From the IMG/VR virus record IMGVR_UViG_3300033388_007403: 64,000 nt of DNA; one strand, given 5' to 3'. This stretch comes from an uncultured virus (IMG/VR IMGVR_UViG_3300033388_007403). Lineage: Duplodnaviria > Heunggongvirae > Uroviricota > Caudoviricetes. The notes under the pieces were generated by a model, which ran no database searches, was not told the origin of the DNA, and saw nothing but the letters and a program-made list of their open reading frames with translations. A program made the translations under genes and the position numbers. Positions 10,761 to 20,311 of this stretch are shown here, piece by piece (position 1 is the first letter of the stretch; every line of letters starts with the position of its first letter).

Positions 10761-11013
10761 TTATATCCATTAACTTAAATCTATTTATAGGGGTTATTTT
10801 TGAATATTTTTTTACATTCATTATTTTATTTTTCATTTCGTCAAAAGATTCTTTAACATAAAAAGAATATGAACCACCGTTTCCACTTCCTTTCATTCGT
10901 ATTTGAATTTTTCCTCCATAAGAGTCATCTTCAGTAAAATACATAATTTCATAAACATTAATCATATATTTTCTAGGAGGATCTGGTCTTAAATTTTCTA
11001 TTTCTATAAACAT
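10747..11013 (-). CDS. hypothetical protein ending in NRFKLMDINEDE
   Basis: ORF track. Confidence 0.65.
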   Translation of the reverse strand: MFIEIENLRPDPPRKYMINVYEIMYFTEDDSYGGKIQIRMKGSGNGGSYSFYVKESFDEMKNKIMNVKKYSKITPINRFKLMDINEDE

Positions 11014-11435
11014 TATAACTCCATCATCCTAAATCTTTTATTACTGTTTTTAGTTCTTAAATAATAATTGTGTTTATATCCCATTGCTTCATTACTTGTA
11101 ACATCTAACACAACTTTCCTACTAATTTTTAAATCAGTATTTGTGTTAAAAAGCCACATCACTCTTCCTTTATATGTCTCTCCAAAAATAGTGCGAATAT
11201 CACATTTAATGCTACGACCCGTAATGCTCCCATTTATACAAATAGGAGCGAAGATATTGTTCGCAGGCCTTATTGATTCATTTAAAAATAAAAAATGTTT
11301 TTCATTTATGATATCATAATAATAAGTATGATAATCTAATGGAGCGCTAATAGCAATAGGTAGAGTAATGATAGATATTACTTTCCTATTTTTTGGGCGA
11401 ATAGAAATATATTTTATTAAATCTAAAGTGTACAT
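11013..11435 (-). CDS. hypothetical protein ending in KRFRMMEL
   Basis: ORF track; coupled stop/start. Confidence 0.6.
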   Translation of the reverse strand: MYTLDLIKYISIRPKNRKVISIITLPIAISAPLDYHTYYYDIINEKHFLFLNESIRPANNIFAPICINGSITGRSIKCDIRTIFGETYKGRVMWLFNTNTDLKISRKVVLDVTSNEAMGYKHNYYLRTKNSNKRFRMMEL

Positions 11436-11614
11436 TATTCTTCCATATCCATTACATCAAATCTCGTCATTTCTCTACGATATACAAAGTGATCTACTCC
11501 TTTATAATAAGGACAACATATAAAATGCATACTATCCCAAGGTCTGTCAACTTTTTCATATCCACCGCATTCTTCACAAGTTATTTTGGGATATATAATC
11601 TCTAGAATCCCATA
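11435..11614 (-). pseudogene. small Cys-containing frame ending in TRFDVMDMEE; expected start ATG is out of frame
   Basis: Hand translation ...CEECGG...CCPYY...TRFDVMDMEE*. Confidence 0.45.
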
Positions 11615-11617
11615 TCA

Positions 11618-11875
11618 TCATTCTTCCATCTCCATGAGTTCAAATCTATTTATTGTTTTTTCAAATTTTAGAGATTTTCTTTTCAATCTCTCTAAATCTT
11701 CTTTCTTGAATTTTACACCCATACTGTAATATACAATGTTAAGCCAATCATATTCTGTTGTGACAATAAATACAAGTCTAGCGAGATTGTCAGTATAAAT
11801 TATTTGCGATTGAAGTATCATACCTTCTCTCCTACCATTCTCATATGTTATAGTTAAACCTTCAAATACACTCAT
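11618..11875 (-). CDS. hypothetical protein ending in NRFELMEMEE
   Basis: ORF track. Confidence 0.65.
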   Translation of the reverse strand: MSVFEGLTITYENGRREGMILQSQIIYTDNLARLVFIVTTEYDWLNIVYYSMGVKFKKEDLERLKRKSLKFEKTINRFELMEMEE

Positions 11876-12423
11876 TCTTCTATCTCCATAAGTTCAAATC
11901 TTGATACTTTTTTTCTTTCCAAAAATTCTATATTATCAATTTTTTCTTGTGTTGTTATTTCTCTGTATATCAAATAACCTACATCTAATTTGTCTCTGTG
12001 TTTATAAATAAATTTGTCAGATATTATTTTATTACAGACACTTACAGAAAACCAATCAACTTTTTTTTATGTTTTTCTAAAGTCTCTTCTGGCAAATTTT
12101 CAAAACTAGAAAGTCTATACCAATTAGCAAAATGATATTTATATTTCTTTTTTGACATCTTAATGCTTTCTTTTTGAAAAACTTTTCTAATTTCTCTTTT
12201 TACACTTTTGTTCATATTTCCATCAATTTAAATCTTGATACTTCACACTCAATCTCTATTATTAATTCTCTTTTCCTGTTCTTAGTAACATATTTGTTCA
12301 ATTCAAGACAAAGTAGAAAATCGACAGTTAGAATGGTGGCTTCTACATCGTGCCCATAAAACTTCACTTCTCGCTTTTTTCGATAATATCATAACTGTAT
12401 TATAACAGATTTCTCTTTCACTT

Positions 12424-12651
12424 TCAAGAAAAATCCATTAAATTAAAGCGATTTTCCATATTATCAAATAAATATGCTGTTTCTGAGACAAATTCTCCGT
12501 CATCAACTATATAAAATCTTCTTGCTTTTATCTCATCTAGGGATACAGTAGGATTTGAAGATATTTCAAAAGTAGGAGCATATGCCAATTCTTCTACAAA
12601 TAAAGATTGTGGATTATAATTATTAATTGCATCTTGAATCGCTGTTCCCAA
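12424..12651 (-). CDS. hypothetical protein ending in NRFNLMDFS (5' end uncertain)
   Basis: ORF track. Confidence 0.5.
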   Translation of the reverse strand: MGTAIQDAINNYNPQSLFVEELAYAPTFEISSNPTVSLDEIKARRFYIVDDGEFVSETAYLFDNMENRFNLMDFS

Positions 12652-12872
12652 ATATTCCGTTAATTTTTACTCTTGTGTCATTTCATATTGCTCCATTAAT
12701 GAAGAAACATGTACGCCTTCTGTCCATATCTGACCATAAAGACCAGTACTTAAAATTTCAGATGCTGTGATCCCTTGCGTTGGGAAAAGATCAACATTTA
12801 TTAAATTTGTTGGAACTATTGACATTTTAAAACTCCATCCTAATTATAACATCTTCTCTTTCACTTATCGAC

Positions 12873-12960
12873 AAAAAAATAACAGGATGCCAAATAAGAC
12901 ACCCTGTTATCGTTGCTAATAACGCAACATGAAAGGAAAGGAGTATGAAAGAAATATTAT
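12873..12960 (-). ncRNA. candidate small RNA with anti-Shine-Dalgarno tract
   Basis: Lies between an AAAGGA-N17-GAATATATA promoter and an intrinsic terminator (12873-12910); no ORF on - strand. Confidence 0.45.
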
Positions 12961-12967
12961 TTACAAC

Positions 12968-12999
12968 TATATATTCTGCATAATATCAAATTCTCCTTT
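12968..12999 (-). promoter_or_regulatory. phage promoter class AAAGG-N17-GAATATA
   Basis: AAAGGA-17 nt-GAATATATA. Confidence 0.65.
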
Positions 13000-13007
13000 T
13001 ATAGAAT

Positions 13008-13038
13008 ACAGGAAAAATCAATATTTTTAAGAATTATA
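13008..13038 (+). promoter_or_regulatory. phage promoter class AAAGG-N17-GAATATA (divergent copy)
   Basis: ACAGGA-17 nt-GAATTATA upstream of ORF 13065. Confidence 0.55.
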
Positions 13039-13064
13039 AGTATAGTAATTTTAAGGAGATTAAT

Positions 13065-13292
13065 ATGGGTTGGACATACAGCGATAATAAACAGTTACCA
13101 GTCGTAAAAGAGAACGGGAAATGCTTAAAAAGATCTATGTGGAAGTACTGCCCATATTGGGTAGCTAAAATGGTTAACAAAAAAACAATAATAGGATACC
13201 GTTGTAGATTATTTGATAAAGATAAAGAAGCAGATAATTCTCTACCAGAATGTGATGCTAAGTATGGAACTACTTATGATGGATTGCCATAA
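13065..13292 (+). CDS. small Cys-rich hypothetical protein
   Basis: AAGGAG RBS; C..CPY..C..C. Confidence 0.7.
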   Translation: MGWTYSDNKQLPVVKENGKCLKRSMWKYCPYWVAKMVNKKTIIGYRCRLFDKDKEADNSLPECDAKYGTTYDGLP

Positions 13293-13297
13293 ATTAA

Positions 13298-14416
13298 TTA
13301 TAGCTTTCTTTCTTCTTTGTACCCACTAACAAACATTCTAAATAATGATAATCCTGCCAAATTATCAATAATAGTAATTTTTAATTCATCTTGATTTTCA
13401 CTTTTTAATAAAACAGGAATTTCAAATGATTGATCTATTGTTATCATAGTATTTACTCCGTCTGAAATCGTTTGGAATGTTGTTCCAGGTGTAGATAAAA
13501 AATCTGACAATTGCCTGGCAATAAATGAACTTTTAATTTCACCGAATTGTAATCTTTGATATACAATTCCTGTCACTAATGGTCCTACTCCTAGAATATC
13601 ATCATATGATAATCCTGGCATAGTCCCATTCTCAACCTTTCCTGTTAATGGTGCTGCTATTATGAATCTTAAATTTTGTACATAGTACCAAGTGCCTGCA
13701 TCTGGCTTAACAAAAAATTCTCCTATCTCTACTTCGCCTACTGTTCCTTCTAGTTTTATATCATCCATATAAAATTTTGGAGCTTTTTCAACAGCGGCTA
13801 CTTGCCTTATTTTAAATGCATCAATAGTTTGTGTTGTTAGATTCATATCTGTTAGTGGAATGGAAATATTTTGCCAAACACTAAATAATGAAAAAGTAAA
13901 ATAATCTTCTAAAAATACTGATGTTCCTACTTTCATCCCAGTCCCAGAATCCCATGCAAATATTTCTACACTATCTCCTATTACCCAGTCTTTTTCAACA
14001 TATACCCATATGCTTAAAAGTACACTACCGTTTAGATCAAAATCGACAGGAGATAAAAGCTGCATGGTATCATCGACTGAGACATTATCCACTTTTATGC
14101 TTGAGGTTCCTCCTCCTGTGTGATTTTGATCTCCACTATTAAAAGTAAATTTTGATCCTATTGGAGGGACAATAGAAGATGCTGTCCAATATAGGTTATC
14201 AGTTCCATCATGAATATTTTCAATTGTGGAAAGCGTTATTCCTACATTCATATCGAGACCATATGTAGGAGATATAAATATTTTTCCCTGATTCTTAAAT
14301 GTTTTTAAGGGATGAGTAGCAACCACCAAACCATTACTATTGTTTAAATCGTTATGAGTCCTAATGTGTGCTTTTTTATGGTTGCCAGGATCTGTAATGT
14401 AATTTTCTAATCCCAT
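13298..14416 (-). CDS. beta-rich protein, probably virion-associated (CBM-like jelly roll)
   Basis: WQNISIPL..FYMDDIKL jelly-roll-like motif; lies in the late-type operon. Confidence 0.55.
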   Translation of the reverse strand: MGLENYITDPGNHKKAHIRTHNDLNNSNGLVVATHPLKTFKNQGKIFISPTYGLDMNVGITLSTIENIHDGTDNLYWTASSIVPPIGSKFTFNSGDQNHTGGGTSSIKVDNVSVDDTMQLLSPVDFDLNGSVLLSIWVYVEKDWVIGDSVEIFAWDSGTGMKVGTSVFLEDYFTFSLFSVWQNISIPLTDMNLTTQTIDAFKIRQVAAVEKAPKFYMDDIKLEGTVGEVEIGEFFVKPDAGTWYYVQNLRFIIAAPLTGKVENGTMPGLSYDDILGVGPLVTGIVYQRLQFGEIKSSFIARQLSDFLSTPGTTFQTISDGVNTMITIDQSFEIPVLLKSENQDELKITIIDNLAGLSLFRMFVSGYKEERKL

Positions 14417-14432
14417 AGATCACCTTCATTTG

Positions 14433-15023
14433 CTAAATGGTTGCAGAATCAATAAAAAAGAAAATCAGCATTCCGTCTATTTCATTTCCGCCATATTCTG
14501 CCCACATTGTTATAACATTGTTTTTTGTAACGATTAGATCTTGCGCAAAATTAAAAAATTGAGTTGTATGAGATGATTCTATATAATATCTCATCATAGG
14601 AGTACCTTTATTTATGCCGGAAATATTGCTACTAGATAAAAAAGTTCCTTCTGCCGTTTGGCCACTACTTAGATTAAGATTCATAGGAGTTAAATCATTT
14701 CCTCCAACAGGATTTTCTCCATCATTTACTATAACTTCTATAATCTCTACTTGTCCGGTTCCTGCTAGTCTTAAATCAACTCCTTCTATGATCAAATCTT
14801 CATCTCCAGTATTTTTTAAGTAAAAGAAACAAACACCTCCTGTGCTAACATTAGAAGGATCAGAATATAATGGAGTTTCTTGAAAAAGAGCATTATAAGC
14901 CTGCCCTTTTGAATGATTAGCATAATGCTCAGGACTAGTCGAAATAGTTATAGTTTTTAATCTATGCTCAGCATTAACTCCCGCTGTTGTTCCTGTTCCT
15001 TGACCGTCTTCTATTAAAATGAT
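14433..15023 (-). CDS. probable virion protein, paralog of 15039-15596; start codon unclear
   Basis: Frame stays open upstream of 14795 to IIEDGQGTGTTAGVN-like N-terminus matching the neighbour's VIEDGKGTGKKAGVN; GTG after the RBS is 1 nt out of frame. Confidence 0.55.
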   Translation of the reverse strand: MILIEDGQGTGTTAGVNAEHRLKTITISTSPEHYANHSKGQAYNALFQETPLYSDPSNVSTGGVCFFYLKNTGDEDLIIEGVDLRLAGTGQVEIIEVIVNDGENPVGGNDLTPMNLNLSSGQTAEGTFLSSSNISGINKGTPMMRYYIESSHTTQFFNFAQDLIVTKNNVITMWAEYGGNEIDGMLIFFFIDSATI

Positions 15024-15038
15024 ACACCGTCCTTTCTA

Positions 15039-15596
15039 TTAATCAGATTCATAAAAATAAATCATTGTTCTTATTTTATCACCAGCCGTAGCTACTTCTC
15101 CTAGAACTAAAATACTACTATTTTTAGGAAGCATTACAGCACCATGAAAATCAAAGTGAAAACTACTATTATTTAATCTAACATCATAAAATTCTTTAGC
15201 ATCGACAACTGTTGCTGTTAAATCTGTTTCTCCATGGAGACAAGTTGTTTCTGATTCAAGGACAGATCCTCTGTTCATATTCAAAGGAACAATCGATGTT
15301 CCTCCTGAAACCCCTACTGGGGCGAAATAAACTTCTATTTTGGCAGCACTAGAGTTGCTTGAAAACATCATATCTTTAATGAATAAAGTATTATCACCAA
15401 TATATTTTAAATATAGTATATTTTCATTTGTACTCCCCGCCGTAAAATTTCTTTTACCATAAACAGAAAATGCTTTTTTGTTATCTCTTGAAATATAAAA
15501 TATTCTATTTTCTGTTTTCGAAGAAATATTTAATCTGTTTATAGAATTAACACCAGCTTTTTTCCCCGTTCCTTTACCATCTTCTATCACACTCAT
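15039..15596 (-). CDS. probable virion-associated hypothetical protein
   Basis: ORF track; IEDGxGTG N-terminal motif. Confidence 0.65.
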   Translation of the reverse strand: MSVIEDGKGTGKKAGVNSINRLNISSKTENRIFYISRDNKKAFSVYGKRNFTAGSTNENILYLKYIGDNTLFIKDMMFSSNSSAAKIEVYFAPVGVSGGTSIVPLNMNRGSVLESETTCLHGETDLTATVVDAKEFYDVRLNNSSFHFDFHGAVMLPKNSSILVLGEVATAGDKIRTMIYFYESD

Positions 15597-15606
15597 AGTT
15601 TATTCC

Positions 15607-15897
15607 TTATAATTTATCTCTATATGCATGAGCATCTTTTGTTGTTAATTTAGTTGCTGTTATCATTTCTAGTTGCTCATTAAACTTTTTTAATTCTTTT
15701 AATATTTTTTGGAAAAGCATCATCTCTTCAATAGAATAAGTCATTAATTCTTTATTCTTTTCTTTTGCTACCCCTAATGGTTTAGCATTTGATTCTGTAT
15801 CTTTCCCAAATCCTAATATATCTTTATTTGCCATTTTTTTAAAAAATCCTTTAATTATCTTATATAGGAAGGTTAATTTCTCTATTCCTAATCTCAT
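15607..15897 (-). CDS. hypothetical protein, similar to C-terminus of 15860-16501 (start likely MANKD)
   Basis: Shared G(K)D...A...IL.EL.K.N.Q...MT pattern. Confidence 0.55.
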   Translation of the reverse strand: MRLGIEKLTFLYKIIKGFFKKMANKDILGFGKDTESNAKPLGVAKEKNKELMTYSIEEMMLFQKILKELKKFNEQLEMITATKLTTKDAHAYRDKL

Positions 15898-16501
15898 TCC
15901 CAGTCATAATAGCCATTTGTATATTTGCTTTTATCAATTCTATTAAAATATCTTCTAATACTGTTGTTATATCAAGATCCATAGTTAAAACTTCATTATT
16001 TTCTTCTCCTGAAATTCCTATTGCTGCTGCTTCATTACCTAGATCTTTGCCATATAATATTGCTCCTGTAGTCTCATCTGTTATCTTATCTCCTTCAGTT
16101 ATTTGATCTAATAATGCTTCTCTTATCCCTTGTTCTGTTACAACATGGTTATCACTTCCTGGATCTTCTACTCCTGTTAAAAGCCCTATTTCTTTCAAAT
16201 CTCCCATCTCATTTTCTTCCATAGGAGTAATAGCATCATCTATATCTGCAACGGAAATTGGTCCAGGAAATTCATTAGTAAATAATTTATCTTTACTTAA
16301 AGACACTCTTCCTGATTTGACTAATTGAGGAAGAATAGTGGAATGACTTATTTTTTCTCTGGTGTAATGATATAGTAAATCAACTTTTTTTCCAGGTTTT
16401 AAAGCAGGGAGCAATAACAAATCTCCTATTGTTATTGTGTTATTGGTGTTATTTGTTACCCACCAAGATTCTCTCTTATTTTCTCCCTTTCGAATGTCCA
16501 C
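15860..16501 (-). CDS. hypothetical protein
   Basis: ORF track, 213 aa. Confidence 0.7.
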   Translation of the reverse strand: MDIRKGENKRESWWVTNNTNNTITIGDLLLLPALKPGKKVDLLYHYTREKISHSTILPQLVKSGRVSLSKDKLFTNEFPGPISVADIDDAITPMEENEMGDLKEIGLLTGVEDPGSDNHVVTEQGIREALLDQITEGDKITDETTGAILYGKDLGNEAAAIGISGEENNEVLTMDLDITTVLEDILIELIKANIQMAIMTGNEIRNREINLPI

Positions 16502-16513
16502 ACTTCATTTTCC

Positions 16514-17110
16514 TTAAACTACTGATTTATTGCTATTCCAAGTAATGTTGCCATTGCCAGTATTGTTAATATTAATTGTTGGAGGGTTAAGAGGATGATC
16601 ATATTGATGAGGCATTCTATTGCCGTAGATAGAGCTTCTCCAATCAGTGACACCATCTAAGTATTTTGCTGCTTCTAATGATCTACTTGGAGTAACATTT
16701 TTTCTATCTATGTCTAAGTATCTTAGAGCTTCTCTTGCCATTCCTTGTAGTGTTGGTCCTGGCATATCATCGTCTTCATATTCCGTCTTCAGATCTTCTA
16801 CTAAATTAACGCACCTATTAAATGTCTTAACTGCTCTTCTAGATTCATTTTTTGGGTATTTCCAGGCTTCTGAAAATAATGGAAATGAATGAACTTCATT
16901 CATGAATACAGCAGTTAGAACTATTCTTTTTTTTGATTCTGTTAGTTGAACCTTACAGGTATAGGCATCTTTATCCATTGTGTCATTGAATTCTGTAGCA
17001 TGACCCTTAGTCATATATGCTAATTTCTTCATCTTTCTTTTATGAGAAAGTTTTAAAGATGATGACTTTAATAGTTTTTCATTCAAATATTTTTCTTTAT
17101 ACCAATTCAT
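16514..17110 (-). CDS. hypothetical protein with MNWYK N-terminus
   Basis: ORF track; ATG 5 nt after the promoter -10 box (probably leaderless). Confidence 0.75.
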   Translation of the reverse strand: MNWYKEKYLNEKLLKSSSLKLSHKRKMKKLAYMTKGHATEFNDTMDKDAYTCKVQLTESKKRIVLTAVFMNEVHSFPLFSEAWKYPKNESRRAVKTFNRCVNLVEDLKTEYEDDDMPGPTLQGMAREALRYLDIDRKNVTPSRSLEAAKYLDGVTDWRSSIYGNRMPHQYDHPLNPPTININNTGNGNITWNSNKSVV

Positions 17111-17115
17111 ATTTA

Positions 17116-17147
17116 ATATATTACATTAAAAATATTGAAAACCCTTT
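17116..17147 (-). promoter_or_regulatory. phage promoter class AAAGG-N17-GAATATA
   Basis: AAAGGG-17 nt-GTAATATAT. Confidence 0.55.
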
Positions 17148-17171
17148 TTCAATGATATTATTTTTTGGCAT

Positions 17172-17385
17172 AAAAAAACCCAAGCATTCGAAAATGACTT
17201 GGGACTCATAGCTTTAATTAGGTTTACGACACCTATAAACGTTTTCTAGTTTTTACTTTAATATTCATTCTAATATTCGCTTAACCTACTTAATCGATAT
17301 TTTCAGCCAAACCTTCATTTAAAACATTCTCTCTTAATATTAAATCACTTTAATTCTACATTAAAAAGCTACGAGGATGTACTAT
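17172..17385 (-). ncRNA. candidate structured RNA of about 200 nt
   Basis: Own TTGACA-N17-TATAGT promoter (17391-17419), closing stem CTCGTAGCTTT/AAAGCTATGAG, terminator 17172-17203. Confidence 0.5.
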
Positions 17386-17408
17386 ACTATACTATACGCT
17401 ATTTTTAC

Positions 17409-17720
17409 TCATTTGTCAAGTACTTTTTTCATTTTATTTAAATTATAACCTTCTTTAACGCTGTGTTCTTCATTTACATCTATTTCGCAATACAATTCCC
17501 CATTCATATATAAATGCGTTTTGAGTATTTTTAATTTAAATGCTTTAGCAAATTCTATTGCTCTATATCCTGTTCTTTCCATATATAAATGTTTATCTTC
17601 TTGATGAGGAATGAGACCATCTGTTGACTCAATGAAATCTTCATTTTCGTATAGAAAAAAGAATTTTCCATCTTCTTCTTTAAAAAAATAGTGATTATTA
17701 CCCATTGTTATATTCCACAA
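17409..17720 (-). CDS. hypothetical protein
   Basis: ORF track. Confidence 0.55.
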   Translation of the reverse strand: MWNITMGNNHYFFKEEDGKFFFLYENEDFIESTDGLIPHQEDKHLYMERTGYRAIEFAKAFKLKILKTHLYMNGELYCEIDVNEEHSVKEGYNLNKMKKVLDK

Positions 17721-17825
17721 TTTGTGTTATTTGTTGAGTATTTATAATTGTTAAATCACCAATATTTATAAAATTACAACCGTTATTTAGCCAGGTTCGT
17801 AATTCTATAATACTATACAAACATC

Positions 17826-18146
17826 TCAATCATTCCCCAACATTTTAAATCCTTTTTCTAATCTTGTCCCATAATTTGCTTTTCTATCAGGTCTATTTTG
17901 ATTTCCTTTATGTATACCATTACTTATTTTCTCACCATTTGTTGGGTTATTCAATTTCTTTCTTTCTCTCTTCATTCTTTCTTCATTTACTTCTATATCA
18001 AATAACCATAAATATCCTTTTTTACATTTGGAACAAGGAATTTTTATACCATCACAAGCTCCAGCACTATATTCAACATTTTTTTCTCTGGGGAATAAAT
18101 CCTGGCAAACATTACATCTTACTAATTTTTCACTATATTTCATCAA
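17826..18146 (-). CDS. zinc-ribbon hypothetical protein
   Basis: CNVC...CSKC. Confidence 0.6.
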   Translation of the reverse strand: MMKYSEKLVRCNVCQDLFPREKNVEYSAGACDGIKIPCSKCKKGYLWLFDIEVNEERMKRERKKLNNPTNGEKISNGIHKGNQNRPDRKANYGTRLEKGFKMLGND

Positions 18147-18447
18147 TTAAAATCCATTAATTCTGCTCTTGATACTTCTCTCATAAGAGGAGGTGGGACA
18201 GAGAAACTTCTTCTTATCTTTTTTTTATTATCTGGATGAACTCTAAAATTATCAATAAAATGCGCCCATCTACCTTTTTTAAAAAAACTTTCATCTTCTT
18301 CTATATAAAAATATAAGTATATATACTCCTTACAATATTGCCATGAACATAATCTTCCAAGAAGATCAATTCAATTATCACCTTCAGATTCTTGTCTTAC
18401 TTGAAATCTGCATCCTATAAAAATTGGTGATAAATAAAATATATCCA

Positions 18448-18981
18448 TTAATCAAAGTCCATTAAATAAAATCTATTTTCTATTGAATTAGAAGTTACTA
18501 CCTCATATCCAAGATGCTCCCCCGTTAATCCAACACAATATTCTGCTATGAATACATTTTTAATACCTTCCTTTAGAAGAAGATTCTTTATAACAGTAGC
18601 CTTTCTTTTGGGAAATTTTAGTGAATAATCACGATAAGATTGAATATGAAATGGAGGCTTATGCTTATTCTTCTCATTTTCGTCCATCTCAGAGGCAAGA
18701 AATGAACGTTTTATTACATAATGTGGAATTGCGTTATTCATAGTATAAATAGAGTATCTCTCTATCAAATTACTTTTTTTAAATTTTGTTACATTTCCAT
18801 CTCCTTCAGAAATATTCACAACTACTATCCAGTTATTTTTCACTGCATATTCGTACTTCGCAATAACTTTTTTAGCCTTTATAGGATCTGATATTGATAT
18901 ATTCTTCTCATAAGCAATGCCATATTGTACTGAAAATTTAGACTGTGGGCTAATTCTTTCGCCTATGTATTTAATTCCCAT
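18448..18981 (-). CDS. hypothetical protein ending in NRFYLMDFD
   Basis: ORF track. Confidence 0.7.
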   Translation of the reverse strand: MGIKYIGERISPQSKFSVQYGIAYEKNISISDPIKAKKVIAKYEYAVKNNWIVVVNISEGDGNVTKFKKSNLIERYSIYTMNNAIPHYVIKRSFLASEMDENEKNKHKPPFHIQSYRDYSLKFPKRKATVIKNLLLKEGIKNVFIAEYCVGLTGEHLGYEVVTSNSIENRFYLMDFD

Positions 18982-18991
18982 TTTTTACCTC

Positions 18992-19387
18992 TTATTCAAA
19001 ATCCATTAATTCAAATCTACTTGTTTCTAATTCATCTTCTATGCTATATGGTTTCCATTCTGCTTTAATTACTTTTGCACCGTCAGAATGCATATGCTTT
19101 ACAATCTGTATGTGATCTTTCTCTGCTTCATCCCAGGTAGAGTATCTTGCTAATACTTCATCGCCGTATGAACCTCCAAATACCATTGTCTCAAATAGAA
19201 TAGGCTCTGCATCTTGTGTGGAACCATGATCTATTACCAAAAAAACTGTAGACAATTTTCGTCCATCAGAAAAGTGAGTTTGTCTCACAACTCTTGCTTT
19301 TGGGTCTGTAAACATCGGTCCTAATTCTGACATACTATCAATTGGAACAGGTGTCTTGCCATCTAATTTATAAAATTCATTACTCAT
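18992..19387 (-). CDS. conserved phage protein ending in SRFELMDFE
   Basis: STVFL.IDH..PILFETMVFG..RYSTW.EA motif common in phage hypotheticals. Confidence 0.7.
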   Translation of the reverse strand: MSNEFYKLDGKTPVPIDSMSELGPMFTDPKARVVRQTHFSDGRKLSTVFLVIDHGSTQDAEPILFETMVFGGSYGDEVLARYSTWDEAEKDHIQIVKHMHSDGAKVIKAEWKPYSIEDELETSRFELMDFE

Positions 19388-19593
19388 AATTCCATCAACT
19401 CAAATCTAGTTACTTCTGGTTCCTCTATATGATAGTCTCTCCAATAGGCACGGATTTCTTTCATTACATAATATTCATCTATTATTTTTTCTATTGTTAC
19501 AACTCTGTTAATTTTTTTTAAAATTTTTGTTATATCTCTAGCTACTTCTATATCTTCTCTTATTCTCACTCTCTCTCCAACTTTATAATTCAT
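19384..19593 (-). CDS. small SH3/KOW-like protein ending in TRFELMEL
   Basis: YKVGERVRIR start; paralog adjacent. Confidence 0.65.
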   Translation of the reverse strand: MNYKVGERVRIREDIEVARDITKILKKINRVVTIEKIIDEYYVMKEIRAYWRDYHIEEPEVTRFELMEL

Positions 19594-19832
19594 AATTTCA
19601 TCAACTCAAATCTAGTTATTTCTTTCGCTTCTGACCCTAATCTTTCTATTTCATTGTCCTTTCAGTTCCAGCCAATTTCTTTCATATAGTAATAAGAAAT
19701 GCTTTTGGTAACATACACTTTTTTAATTGTTGCAGTTTCGTTCTGTAATCTATCTATAGCTTGTAGAATGTCTCTACACCAGTTAAGATTTCTTTTAATT
19801 TTTACTTTATCGCCAACTTTATATTTGCTCAT
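19590..19832 (-). pseudogene. paralog of 19384-19593 with an internal TGA; ends TRFELMKL
   Basis: MSKYKVGDKVKIK...YYYMKEIGWN*KDNEIE...; the TGA aligns with Trp in the paralog. Confidence 0.65.
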
Positions 19833-19990
19833 AATTCCATCAACTCAAATTTAATTACTTCTTTGCCTCACAGTGTGGGCATCTTGATATCCTTTCCATA
19901 AGTTCTTGTGTCATCTTATGCATTTTCATATAATATGGTACTCCATCAGCTACTATTTTTATTTTTATATCTTCTCTGCTCATGTTGGGC

Positions 19991-20019
19991 ATTATACCAT
20001 AAATTTCTTTTACTTTCAA
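19991..20019 (-). promoter_or_regulatory. sigma70-type promoter
   Basis: TTGAAA-N17-TATAAT with TG extension. Confidence 0.65.
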
Positions 20020-20311
20020 GAAAAAAAAGTCACTAATCAAGATTTTTTGACTAATGGCTTTCTTTTTTTGAAAATAAAAAGATACTTTTTATTTGTATTC
20101 TCACCAATACTGCTCACACCCATCAAAATGCTGTATAAATTCATGTCTTTTAGCAGAATCTTCTGGTTTAGGAGCGTATTGTCGCTCTTTAGTGGTTTCC
20201 CAATGTCCATAAGCTGGACATTCATAGGTGGTGAATAAATACCAATATTTTTTATTTTTTCCGTCATAATTTATATTATGACAAATTATTTTTCACTTTT
20301 CAAGTGTTTTA

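Noticed and set aside
19590..19832. TGA-to-Trp recoding suggested by an in-frame TGA aligning with Trp
   Set aside because: TGA is the normal stop of many genes here (ATGA overlaps), long genes are intact in code 11, and both Trp tRNAs have CCA anticodons. A single nonsense change is simpler.
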